A stretch of 64,000 nucleotides of DNA from positions 1,984,001 to 2,048,000 of the forward strand of contig OZ037766.1 in the NCBI GenBank assembly GCA_964035545.1. The letters run 5' to 3'. Under the pieces are notes generated by a model, which saw nothing but the letters and a program-made list of their open reading frames with translations, was not told where the DNA came from and did not search any database. Source of the stretch: Bugula neritina. Taxonomy: Eukaryota; Animalia; Bryozoa. The position numbers and the translations under genes are program-made. Below, piece after piece: positions 38,044 to 50,000 of the stretch. The first letter of the stretch is position 1. Each line of letters starts with the position of its first letter.

Positions 38044-41000
38044 ATGTCTCAAAGAAGATCCCACAGTTACCAAATGTCTTACAACTTTCAAAAATTCGAA
38101 GAACAATACTCATCTGACCTAATTCCAATTTCAGAACTCTCTGAAGGTAAGTGAGCAAACAACTCTTTTATACAGCCAGCTTGCTGCGGGGCCAACATAG
38201 TTTAGCTAATATAATTTATTAGTTCACTCTGTATGCGCACTTTATTTGCAACTCAATATCAAAAATACTTCGCAAAAAATTTGTTAGTCAGCCAGTAACT
38301 AGCATATTGAACTCGAATGTTATAAATATATTGAACAGCATAGAAAAACAGCAAACAGAAATGTTGTAATAAACTGCGCTTTACTCTAGGCAAAAGCTAA
38401 CCTCAAAAGCTTTTTCTTGAGCACCTAGTGCTTAAACTTCTACAGAGTTGTATTACTACAGTCAACGAATCCTTTAAACGAAATCCAACTTAGTACCAAC
38501 AAGTTGACCGAGATATTTTGCTTGGATTGTAGACTATGCGATACGTGCACCACCTAGTAGATCACTCCCGGCTGTAAGGTCTCAACTTGTAGAACCCGGA
38601 GAACTTGATTCAACACAGAGCCTCAGTCGGAGTCTTAAAAGGTCAAATCACGAATCATCTGAGAGAAGGCAGACTCAGTATGTATACATAAAATGACCTT
38701 GACCCTTGACATTTACTTTAATCTAATAATTCATCTCTGTATGTTACTGAATTTTGCATTTCGACCCTCAAATAAACATATTATACTTTGTGAATAAGTA
38801 AATTCTACTATTTCATGCTTTCTGTTGTCCTTTCAAGCAGTTGTGATTTTAAATAAAAAGTTGTAATTTATGCAGAGAGAATTCTGATGAAAAGACAATT
38901 CCCAAAGTAAATGAGATAAAGACTTCGGAAACTTTTAACGGTAAAATCAATTTTAGGAAGGATGCGAAATCTACCTATGAGCCCCCAGTGAGTTATAAAT
39001 ACATACACACACATGTATATCGCTTTATGTAATACTCTTACAGGTAACATTCTAGTTGATATGTAAAAAACAGCAGCGTTTTATTGAACTGCAATTGTGT
39101 ATTACTCCACAGCATGTTTCCTGTTATCAAATGTAATGTCTCTTTTATGCCATCTCTGTTAAACATCTCACCTGAGAGTAACAACTAACCTGACTCTGAA
39201 GCTCACTATTAGCAAGTTTGAACTTTAATCTTTTAGTATGTACGTCTGCACACATCAGATGATAAAAATACTGTCTTAGAGTTTATGAAAAATCGCTGGA
39301 ATATCTCATATCCCAAACTCATTGTTTCTATTGTTGGTGGGGCGAGGGAGTTTCAGTTTGCAAAGAGTAGAGTGGAACTTCTTTTCAACCAAGGACTTTT
39401 GGATATAGCTAAAACTACTGGTAAACCATAATATAATTCTATGTATAATGTATATCAACTATTGTTTTCAATTATATAGTACAGTTACTAAAATAATCAC
39501 AACTGAGACTAGATGTCAACATCCTAATGGTGTTATTTAAGCCATCAAAGCCTCTTAGAATCTGTTTTTGTAAGCCACAGCTCAAATAGGCTTTATTGTA
39601 GAGCATGTATATAGTCAATGCCTCCTATTCAAACATGACATTCGTTATGGGTCAGATTTAGTTATTGGTTGAAATGTGGTTTTAATATATAAATTAACCA
39701 CATAATGTTAACAATTATAGCTGTATTCTATTATAATAATTATAGTAAATTATTGTTAATCTGCTTATTGTTGCACTGAATGTCAAGGTTAGAACTAACG
39801 CTTTTAATTTTAGAAGCTTGGATCATAACTCCTGGCTCTCACACTGGTTTATACAAGAAAGTAGGATCTGCAGTAAAAAGCCACATCGAGTCTGCAAGCT
39901 CAACGTCGACCAATGAGATCGTTCTGCTGGGTATAGCTACTTGGGGTTCTGTGGCTGGCAAGGAACTTCTCGAGGTACCGATGAGTTGAGATCTGTAACG
40001 CCAATTGGCAAGCTTAAAATTTCAAAAATTATTTGCTTAAAAATAAACATGTTTTATTTTTTCCTTGTTTTAGCTTGTAGCTTGCAAATAATTGTAGCAG
40101 TTTGAACAAAAAGTTACAAAATTTTTAATAGATATTTAATAAATATATAATAGATATTTTAGTATTACAGAAAAAAATTTCTACTTTATTTTTTTCCATT
40201 TTTATTATATGAGTGTTATATTTTTTATGTTATTGGCCTTATAATTATATATAGTATAAATTGTTTTATTCTTAGATCAATTATAATAAAGATATATTCA
40301 CGTTAAGGTTGTGTTTGATGCTGCTCTTTTAGAAAGAAGAAAGAAACCCTGTCAACTATTCTATAGCTGATATCCCTCTAGTTCGAGGCATTCAGCCTCT
40401 AGACCCAAACCACTCTCACTTCATACTAGTAGACGATGAAGTGGGCAAGTTTGGCGGAGAACTCAAATGGAGGGTAGAGTTTGAGAAGTTTCTCACCGAT
40501 CATAGGATTACACATAAAGGTGAGGTTTCATTTCACTGTAGTTCTAAGAAGTTTGAGACGTTTTAAACTTAAAATTTCATCAATAAAGATCTGCCAAAAT
40601 CTGACACCAAAAAGATAAATTGATTTCATGATAAGAGTGGTTACGCAATCAAATTAATAGAAGAGTAACTTTTGACCTAATTGTTTGTTTTTACAGTGCA
40701 GAGAGCTCCGTGTTTGATAACATATTGTAGTGAGTCATGCAATGTACTAATATGAGAATCGTCCTCTCTCCGTTCGGGGAATACTAAGGCCCCTATGAAG
40801 TAACCAATCAGCAGCACCGGAAGATATGCTTCCGACTCATGTGACAATTCCCGGGCAATTAACATTGATCACGTTATTGTAAGCGAGGGCTTGAAGTAGA
40901 AACATGTGTTAGTAGTTGACTTATGTATAGGATAATTTGATGTAATGTTTGCTTTGTATTATATTGTGGATAATAAACATAATTACTCGACAGCTACCCT

Positions 41001-44000
41001 AGTAATTGCTAGTAAAATAGCCAACTAATACGCAAGTAGATAACTCACGCAAGTAGATAACTCACGCACAGTAATTACAAAAATTACTACAGTGGTGGCA
41101 GCGGTGGGATCTTGCGTATAACAGTCATGGCAGAAGACGGCACGGAGCTACCCATTCCACTGAATGAAAGTGAGGAAGATAATGTTGATATACCTGTGGA
41201 ACCAGTAGTGTTAGAAGAAGTGAGAATTCCTAGAGAGCCTGGTGAAGACAGATACCGGCTGAAGGCGCCCACCTTCACAGGCGAGGAAGCAGTAGAGCAA
41301 TTTATCCAGGAATTCCAAGATATGATGGAAATTGCACGGTCGCCACCGAGGGTGGCGTTGCTCAAACTCAGGATGGCGCTGACGGACAAGGCTAAGCCAT
41401 ACGGAGCGGGACCTGACATAGGCGGGATCTTTGCTTCTCTGCGGGCCCGTTTTGGTATCTCCCCCATAGATGCGCGGGCCCGCCTACAAAGACTGCGGCG
41501 TGATCCTCACACGTCGCTACAGGAGCACCCTGCCACGGTGTATCCACTGGCGCAGATTGCGTTCCGCGATCTGCCTCAAGTGCACCGTGAGAGGTATACT
41601 TATGATGCCTTCGTGCAGTCCATCAACGACTTGGGGCTCCACCATCAGTTCCAAGCGAGGGGAGTCACCACGGTCGAGGATGCACTTGCGGTGGGAGAAG
41701 CCTACCTCATGGCGACTCATATGCACCGCAACCGCGTGGCCTCCCGCCAGGTGGCCAAGGAGCACACTACTGCTCATACTGAACCAAACGCGGAACCCTC
41801 CGCGGTGGCTAATGTGAACCAGATGTCACTAGCATCGAAAGTCGCACAAATGACTGACATGCTAGATAAACTGGTCGCCGCATTAGCTCCCCCAAGCCAG
41901 GTAGATACCGCCCGTGAGCCTTGCGGGCCGCAGGTGCAATCACCAGGCATGGGGCATAACTTCTGCTGGGGATGCGGAAGGCCAGGACATTTCCAGAAGA
42001 ACTGCCCTCAACTTCAACAAGGGTTAAACTACCACGGCCCGCAGATGTTCCCACCTCCTGCGGGCCGCCGGTAAACCACCCAGAGAGGACCGCGTGTCTG
42101 CCGCCCCGCTGGGCGCCGCGCGGAGATGCTGTGAAGTGGCGACCCCCGCGGCAAGTAGGCTCAAGCCACTCGCCACCTGGGTCCTCTACGCCACTCCAAC
42201 ACGGATCCGGCAGACGGTTGACCTCAGAGCCTGCGAGAGAAACGGTACAGGTGCCGCAAGGCGTACCGCCCCAACCTCGGCAGCTGGTCAATAGTCGCCG
42301 CCAACCGTGGACCCCTCGACCCACAGCGAGGGAGGTGCAACCACGGCACACACAGCTGCAACCACACGGAAGTAGCTACTTCCTACCAGGAAAGCTAGCT
42401 GGCAAGCCTGCCAACTTCCTTCTGGACTCGGGCTGCACCACCAACCTCCTTAGCCGTCAATTCTTTGACACCCTCAGCGCTAAGGTCAAGGACGGGTTGG
42501 CACCATATGAGGGGGATCATGGCACCCTGGCAGACGGGTCGGGCATTCCCTTCTACGGCATTATTGAGCTGACTGGTTACATCCGTAACTAGGCCATCCA
42601 AGAGACGTTTATCGTCGGACAGCTCAACGAGGATGCTATCCTCGGGATGCCATTCTTACAACGACACGGATGTCGCATCGATTTCAGTAAATCTGCAATG
42701 ATCATGGGCGACAGAGAGCTCGCTTGTGTCGATAAGTTTGGTCGTCCTCTAGCGGGAGGAGTGCAGGTAGTACGGAGCTGTACGATACCAGGCCACTCCC
42801 GGGCTACCGTCCGCTGCAAAGTAGACGGTGGCCAAACCTCTAAGTTACGAGTTGTCGAAAGTACGCACTCAAGAATCCAACTTGCCCATAGCTTTAGCCA
42901 GCTTACGGGACAAGGAGAGATCTCAGTGCAGTGCGTCAACCCCTCCTCAGAGACGGTAGACCTCCCACCCAGGTCCATGCTGGGCCGCTTCCATCCTGTC
43001 CAGGAGGAAGCCATTGGGCCGTCGTTGGGAGCTGCGACGGAAGGTCCTCAGCAGAGCCCGTCTCCAGGGCGGAGGACCGTCCCAACCCACGCCTCCCGTC
43101 TGCCAGGGACGCGTGGCTACACAGGCAACAGAAAGCGCCAGGCTATGGCTATGTTGCCACACCGGTACAGTGGGGCGCCCCGCCACACAGACCACGACGC
43201 CCGCCTAAATAGAGCAGGCTGTCGCGAGGTACCACGGGCGGCGGAGACCGCCCCTACTCAGCAGCCCACGAGAAGGTTGGGCTCGAAGGAGAGGAGCAGG
43301 GTTCCCCCACGGAACTCGGGCCAACTCCAACAGAGGGCTGACATGCCCCCGGAGGCTGTCCAGAGCCTCCGCGCCAAACCTGTATGGGCTGGTAACGTCA
43401 GGGAGCTGCCGAAACTCCAGGAAAGCCTTCCTGGGGTAGTAGCCGACGTGTACCGAGCGAAACAGGAAGGGCGACGACCCAGTGGTAGACAACGGCAACA
43501 GGGATGCGCCGAGTTACGGCTGTACTGTCAACGTTGGAACTCCCTGCGAATTGGGCCAGATGGTCTGCTGACCATGACTTTGGCCGCCAACAGCAGACAA
43601 CCAGCCAGGAAGAGGATCGTCTGCCCAGCTGCCATCCGCCGGGAGTTGATACGGGACACCCACGAGCAGACTCACGGAGGAGTCCAAGGGGTGGTCACCA
43701 AGCTACAACTCCGGTGGTACTGGCCCAACATGGAGCGGGACATCTGGCGCAGAGTGAGACGGTGCAAAGTCTGCCAGACCAACAAGCATAGCCGTCTCCC
43801 TGGTAAAGCGGGGCGGCAGACGCATTGTGCGAGGAGGTCTTGGCAAGCGGAGACTGTCGTCCTGGCCGGAAACACCCCCATGACTCCGCAGGAAGACTTG
43901 GCGAGGCAGGAAAAGCCACTTTTGTCCTTGGAAGTGCGCCCACCGCCCCCAACGTCAAGCCTGCCATCACCACCACTTCCGGAACCGGAAACAGGTCCAG

Positions 44001-47000
44001 AAGTGCAAAAACACCCCGTGGGAGGGGCTCCGTACGGAGATACCAACGTAGGAACAACCGTCACAAACAGGCTGGAAAAACCACCAGTGAGACGTAACAA
44101 TCCACGGGTGAGCACACCGCCTCCCACAGTGACGACGCCTCCAGGACCACACACTAGGCAACCCCCAGCGTGTCTCGGAGACTTCGTACGTGACCGCGGT
44201 ACAAGCGGCAGTTATGAAGGTCTAGCGAGATCTCGCAGGGGAAAACAGGCAAAGAGACGTGGGAGTTGTGAACACCACGAAAATCTCAACTTTTGCCTCA
44301 ACGGAATCACACACGAGATTCATCCGCTGGAAGTAAAAAGCCCTAGTCACGCTTCACAACCATGCTGCCCGGTCTTTTCCTACGTTGATGCAGTCAAGAG
44401 TAGACGTGCCACTGAACAGTAATCATTTACTGCTCTCATTCCAAAATGTCTTACTATTCTGGATCGAAGGGTGAGTTAATTATGTTTTTGGTACGGGAAC
44501 TAGACTGCATCAGTCAGCTCTAGCTACACCAGTAGCGAGCTGGTGATTCGATAATGAAACGCAGTGGTGGGAACACACGTCGACTTTGATTTTAAATAAT
44601 CTGCCATAGCGAGTGTGTTCTCCATCAACTATTCATTAGCCTGAATCTCACGAGTGTAACTGAACAGAGTACCTGTCAGGCTGTACACGCCGGCGGTACC
44701 TCAGTGTATAATCTTTAACACTGCTACTCTTTCAGATCACACTCGAGTGACCACCTCCCGGTCCCGGGACCAGCCAACCCCTCTACCTATGGAGGAAGAA
44801 CCTGTAATGGAGAATGGCTTACCCGTAGTGCTTCGTCGACGACACCGCTGGGTGTCACCCACGGCGGAAAGGAGGATTGAGGAAGCCTGGGGACCAAGTG
44901 GACCCCACCGGACCTGCCAGGTCTGTTTCCAGGAGTGCCCGTCACACCGCTCCCTGCGTCTGCATGTAGACGCACACTTTCTACTACATTTCTGCCCATG
45001 CGGGTTCCACGATGTATACCCGTACCCTGTGATCGTCCACAAATTGAGCTGCATCGCCGGAGAGGGCCATGTTGTTGATGAGGACAGTTTCCCCCAATAC
45101 CTAGACACCATCAAGCCGGTCATCAAGAAGGCTATCACCCTGGCCGCACTAGCGTCAGGATTCCAAGTACTGCTGTTATCCACCCGCCATAAGTCCCCTA
45201 TGGTTCAGGGCCCATCCACTACCCCCATCAACCCTAGCAACACCCCCAAATCCGAAGGAACAACAATACCCCCAACAGCAGAGACTGCTACAACCCCACC
45301 AAGGCCTAGCCGAATGGCTAGTGTAGAAGAGCGGCTTGTAAAACTACAAGCCGAGTTTACGCAACTTGCCCCTGACCTGCTGGATACGACGACAGGTCTA
45401 TACCAGCTGAAGGATTCCGTGGGGCGACTGAAGAGGCGGCTACGTGCCCGACAGGCTCGACACAGATCACGCTCGCTACAAGAGTCAGAATCCACCCAAT
45501 GAGTATGCCTGGGGTAGGCACTTTTCGGTGAGCTGTATCCTCGTCTGGAAAGTGACGAGTGCACCGACATTGGCCCGCGTGCTGGTAAGCACCCTCTCTC
45601 TTTATAGCTGACTAGCTGTGTGTATTCGATCACCCTGTTTACTTCTGTATATAAATGTTTGTGTACTCAACTATTTCCCTTCTTCCTTTTTGTGGGTTTA
45701 CTTATGTATTCTTTTTTTTTGGATTATTGTATTGTTTTTCTTTATATGTGTTTTTTTTGTATTGTGTTATCAGAAAGTAGGGCTTTCTGCTGGGGGGGGG
45801 CGGTGTAGTGAGTCATGCAATGTACTAATATGAGAATCGTCCTCTCTCCGTTCGGGGAATACTAAGGCCCCTATGAAGTAACCAATCAGCAGCACCGGAA
45901 GATATGCTTCCGACTTATGTGACAATTCCCGGGCAATTAACATTGATCACGTTGTTGTAAGCGAGGGCTTGAAGTAGAAACATGTGTTAGTAGTTGACTT
46001 ATGTATAGGATAATTTGATGTAATGTTTGCTTTGTATTATATTGTGGATAATAAACATAATTACCCGACAGCTACCCTAGTAATTGCTAATAGAATAGCC
46101 AACTAATACGCAAGGAGATAACTCACGCACAGTAATTACAAGAATTACTACAATATAACTAAACGTCTGATTTTTTAATGACTCAAAATATGCGGACATA
46201 AACATTCTTTGACTGTAAATCTTCAAACTCAAGTAAATTAGGTACAAGCTATGTTAGCTGAATGATAGAATGGAAATGTTAAATTCATTTTTTTATAAAT
46301 AGTTATAACCCTACACAAAACAAATAACAAAAGATAAGCCCCAAGGCAACTGCTACTATGTCTATAGCTTCCTCTCCTAAGTTTACCATAGCTATGACAT
46401 ACTGCATTCAGTGAGAATCTGACCTAATTTAACTTTCACCACTCAAAGCCAACAGCATTTCATCATCGGGTTTGTTATAATTTTTAACAATTGTGATTAC
46501 CTTTATAGCATACCTGTGTGTAGACATAAATGCAGACATCATTTTTGTTATAAGTCAGTCTACTATTGCCTTGTGTACAGTTTTCTCAATTGAATAGCCT
46601 TGCCTATTTATATTCATGGACCAATGATCAATGCTAGTTGCTGAATATTTGCAATAAGTTGAGTTGAAAGTGCAAGCTTAATGGCATCTAATTTAAAAAT
46701 TTTGCTTCACCATTTTGTTTTAGATTTTGTTGATTTGAATGATTTTTGAAATTGCCTCGCACGGCTTTAGGTAAAAATGGCACGCATATTTTGAAATCAT
46801 TGAGCTAAGCATTGAGTTTTCAATCTGACAGATAACAAAGATGGAGTGAATATTCCAATAGTAACTCTACTAGTGAACGGCGGAGATGGTTCGCTAGAAT
46901 CGTGCCATGAAAGTCTTGGCGTAAAGATTCCCCTGGTGGCCATTGCAGGATCAGGACGTGCAGCAGAAGTTGTAGTACGTCTGCATAAACTGTGCAAGTC

Positions 47001-50000
47001 TCACTATGCTGACAAAGCAAACAGCTTTGATGACGGCTGGCGGTGAGTCATGCAGTGATTTGGTCTTTGATCAGAGAGGGTAAAATCTGTTCACCAAGTG
47101 AACTCAAGAAATCTTTTAGATCTTTAGGTTTGCTTTATAAATTCACCCTGATATGACATAACTTGAAACTACTATAAAAATCTAGACTCTAAAACATCAT
47201 ATGACTGAGACCATAAGACTTTTGGAGTGTATGACTAAGGCTGTGTGACTGAGACAGTGTGACTGACACTTTGTGACTAAAACTATGTGACTAAAGTGTT
47301 GTAATATGTTATTTTGATTGAATCCTGTAATTTTAAAAATGCCAATAAGCAACTTTCAGTGGGCCTAGCAAAGCAAAACTTAATACTGTTTATTGGATAT
47401 TTATTATTTAGCATTAAATAAACTAAATTGACTCAGCCAAGTGTCCTTGACATTGCAGAGCAAGTGCTTGATGTCAGATTTTAGTTGATAGGAAAACTTC
47501 TTAGAGATTACTTTTCTTATACTATCAGAATACTGTAAAACTACTCGTTTACATATAAAGTTATTTCCATTTTCTATTTCTTGCATATTGCCACACATTT
47601 TTAATTCAATAGGTTTAATTGTTTTTCTCTATAACACATATTACCTTTGTATATGGCAAGCAAGCGGAAACACCTCATTATGTATATGTGATAAACTGTC
47701 TAGTATCACTAATGTTTATAAACTACTAGCTGATTTAGAGATTGTATTTTGATTTACTGCAGTCCCTCTACGGCTAGTCTCTCGGAAGTATATGAGAAAG
47801 CAATGGGTGTTAAGCCAGTCACAGAAGTTCTTAAACATCTAGAAGTTATAGCTGAAAACCACCACTACGTAAGCTATAGTGACTGCATTAGTGTTCCCAA
47901 TGTTTAACTTCGACGTTCTTCTGGGGCATTTTTTGTGTCTTACCACAGAGAATTTCATGCAAAATAGCTTTACTGTTTACACATTAAATTTGAAAGGTTT
48001 TCTGCTACCATTCAAAGCTCTAATGGAAACAGGGTTGTGTAATGAAGATGAACAATAAACTAAAATGGCGTCATTAAAAAATTTCTGACACAATTTTCTA
48101 TGCAGTAATAAATTTATGATATTTTGATACAACATAAATGAGGTGTGTCAGGGATGATCTTAGAGATACATTCATAGGGCAGTTGTGTCTCCCAGTATGT
48201 TATACCTTATTTTCTGATTCATATATCTATATGCTAGAAATATGCAGTAAGACTCAAACTTCGTAACAACAGCATTTAATTTGTACAATGCTATTTATAG
48301 TTTGGACGTGGTTTATGTTTCCATATTATGTTTATAATAATTTCCTTTACAATGCTTATAGTTTGCAATGCAGCTAAGTTACCATACCATTCCAACTATT
48401 TTAGACTTCAAAAATTTGATTTAAATCTTAATTTCAAAGCAAGTCTGAAGAATTTAATGAAATATTTTTTTACTTTTAAAGCACAGGCAAGTTTGATTTT
48501 TTATATGGGCATTTACACAGTTCATTTTTGAGTTTTTATGCAGTGAATTCTTAATTTTAGATATCTGTGGTAGACTTTACCCAGGCTAGTTCCAGCTTCA
48601 TAAGTGACTATGGTCTCGATAAAGCCATTCTTTCTGCTCTCTTTCCCAAGAGTATATTGTCAAGGTCAACTGATGCTGATGCAATCATAGTGAAAAGGAA
48701 AGCTCAAATGAGGCTGGCCCTGGCGTGGAACAGAGTGGACTACGCTAGAGACGATATTCTCAACCCTTCCAACGCTGACTACAAAAAAGTGAGTTAGAAA
48801 CTTTGTGTCTAGACTTCTATGCTGTCTCGGACTACAATATCTCTGTAACGCTCAGCTTATTGCGTTTCTTGAATTGAATAGTTTGAAAATTTCTTGACCG
48901 AAGAATGAGAGTGGAAAGTTGCGTATATCAGTATAGAAAATTAAATGTTCACTGTGTAAAAATTTCAAATCAGTTGTAGAAAATTATGTTTTCACTGCAA
49001 AAAGCGACATAAAAATTAAATGTTGAGTGTAGAAAGAACAAATCAAACTCACGTGGATTTGTAGCTGCTATTTGTGTGCGAAGCTCCTGCTGGCAGAGTC
49101 TTTTTTAAGTAAACTAGAGACTTGTTTTCATTGTGGCACAGGAGCAATTATGACTAGAAACTCTTTCTAACGTCACCAATAATCTTTACCGAGACTCAAA
49201 AGGCGAACTTGTGTTTTCTAAGCTAGTGTTGTAACTATACTAGACCAGATTTACTCCTTTTTTTAAAAATAGGAACAGTTGATTAATACTCACACAACAT
49301 AAGCTGGTGACCTCAAAGTGGTGACATTATTTTGATTAGAAGCCATTCAAGTTTACGCATTTAAAATTGATTTAATAAAACTCAATAGGTTTTTGGCTAA
49401 TAATTTAGTTTCTGCAAGAGAAAGAATTCCTCAGTGAGATCATGCTAGAAGCACTTGTAGAAGATCTGCCGGAGTTTGTTGAGTTGTTCCTTGAGCATGA
49501 CTTTGACCTCCAAACATTTCTCACTGTAGAGTGTCTGGAGAAAATCTACAAACAGGTATATCATTTTTATGTCTAGATTCGTATATTTAAGCTGTTACAA
49601 CTATTGAATTTTATTGTTTAAATATTAGGACAATATATATTGACTTTCAGTAGAGTTCAAGCCAAATTATCAGAAAGGATTCTTGTGATCTCAAGTAATA
49701 TTATATCATGATTATACTGAGTTCAGATATTGCTGTAGTCTGATCATAACAAGTAATCGACTACAGGTATAACTTCTGCTTGCTTAAACTGAAGTGTAAC
49801 TAAACTTTCACACAAGAAAATGATGAAAAAAATTACGTTTTTGCTTCAAAAACTAAAAATGAAGATTAGTTGAACTGAATTAATATTTTTAAAAAGCTAC
49901 CAAAGATGTTTTTTCTCTTTTTTTCAGACCATGAAGCGAGACGGTGCTTTTTCAAGAATGGTGAGTCGCTGTTTGGAAGATGAGAAGGCAGCTGCTGACA

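Larger units (their letters stand above)
40726..46152 (+). mobile_element. Non-autonomous Ty3/Gypsy LTR retrotransposon, element 2 (gag, protease, deleted pol, ORF3), in gene B intron 40520-46831
   Basis: LTRs 40726-41091 (366 bp) and 45804-46152 (349 bp), TGTAGT..ACTACA, about 7 substitutions plus a 17-bp tandem duplication; TSD ATAT (40722-40725 / 46153-46156); same PBS and PPT arrangement as element 1. Confidence 0.97.

Noticed and set aside
43285-43300. RT/RNase H deletion in element 2 as a spliced-out GT-AG intron
   Set aside because: Element 1 has GAG|GTTAG at the left edge, but the right edge lacks a pyrimidine tract, and GGAG microhomology explains the junction equally well.
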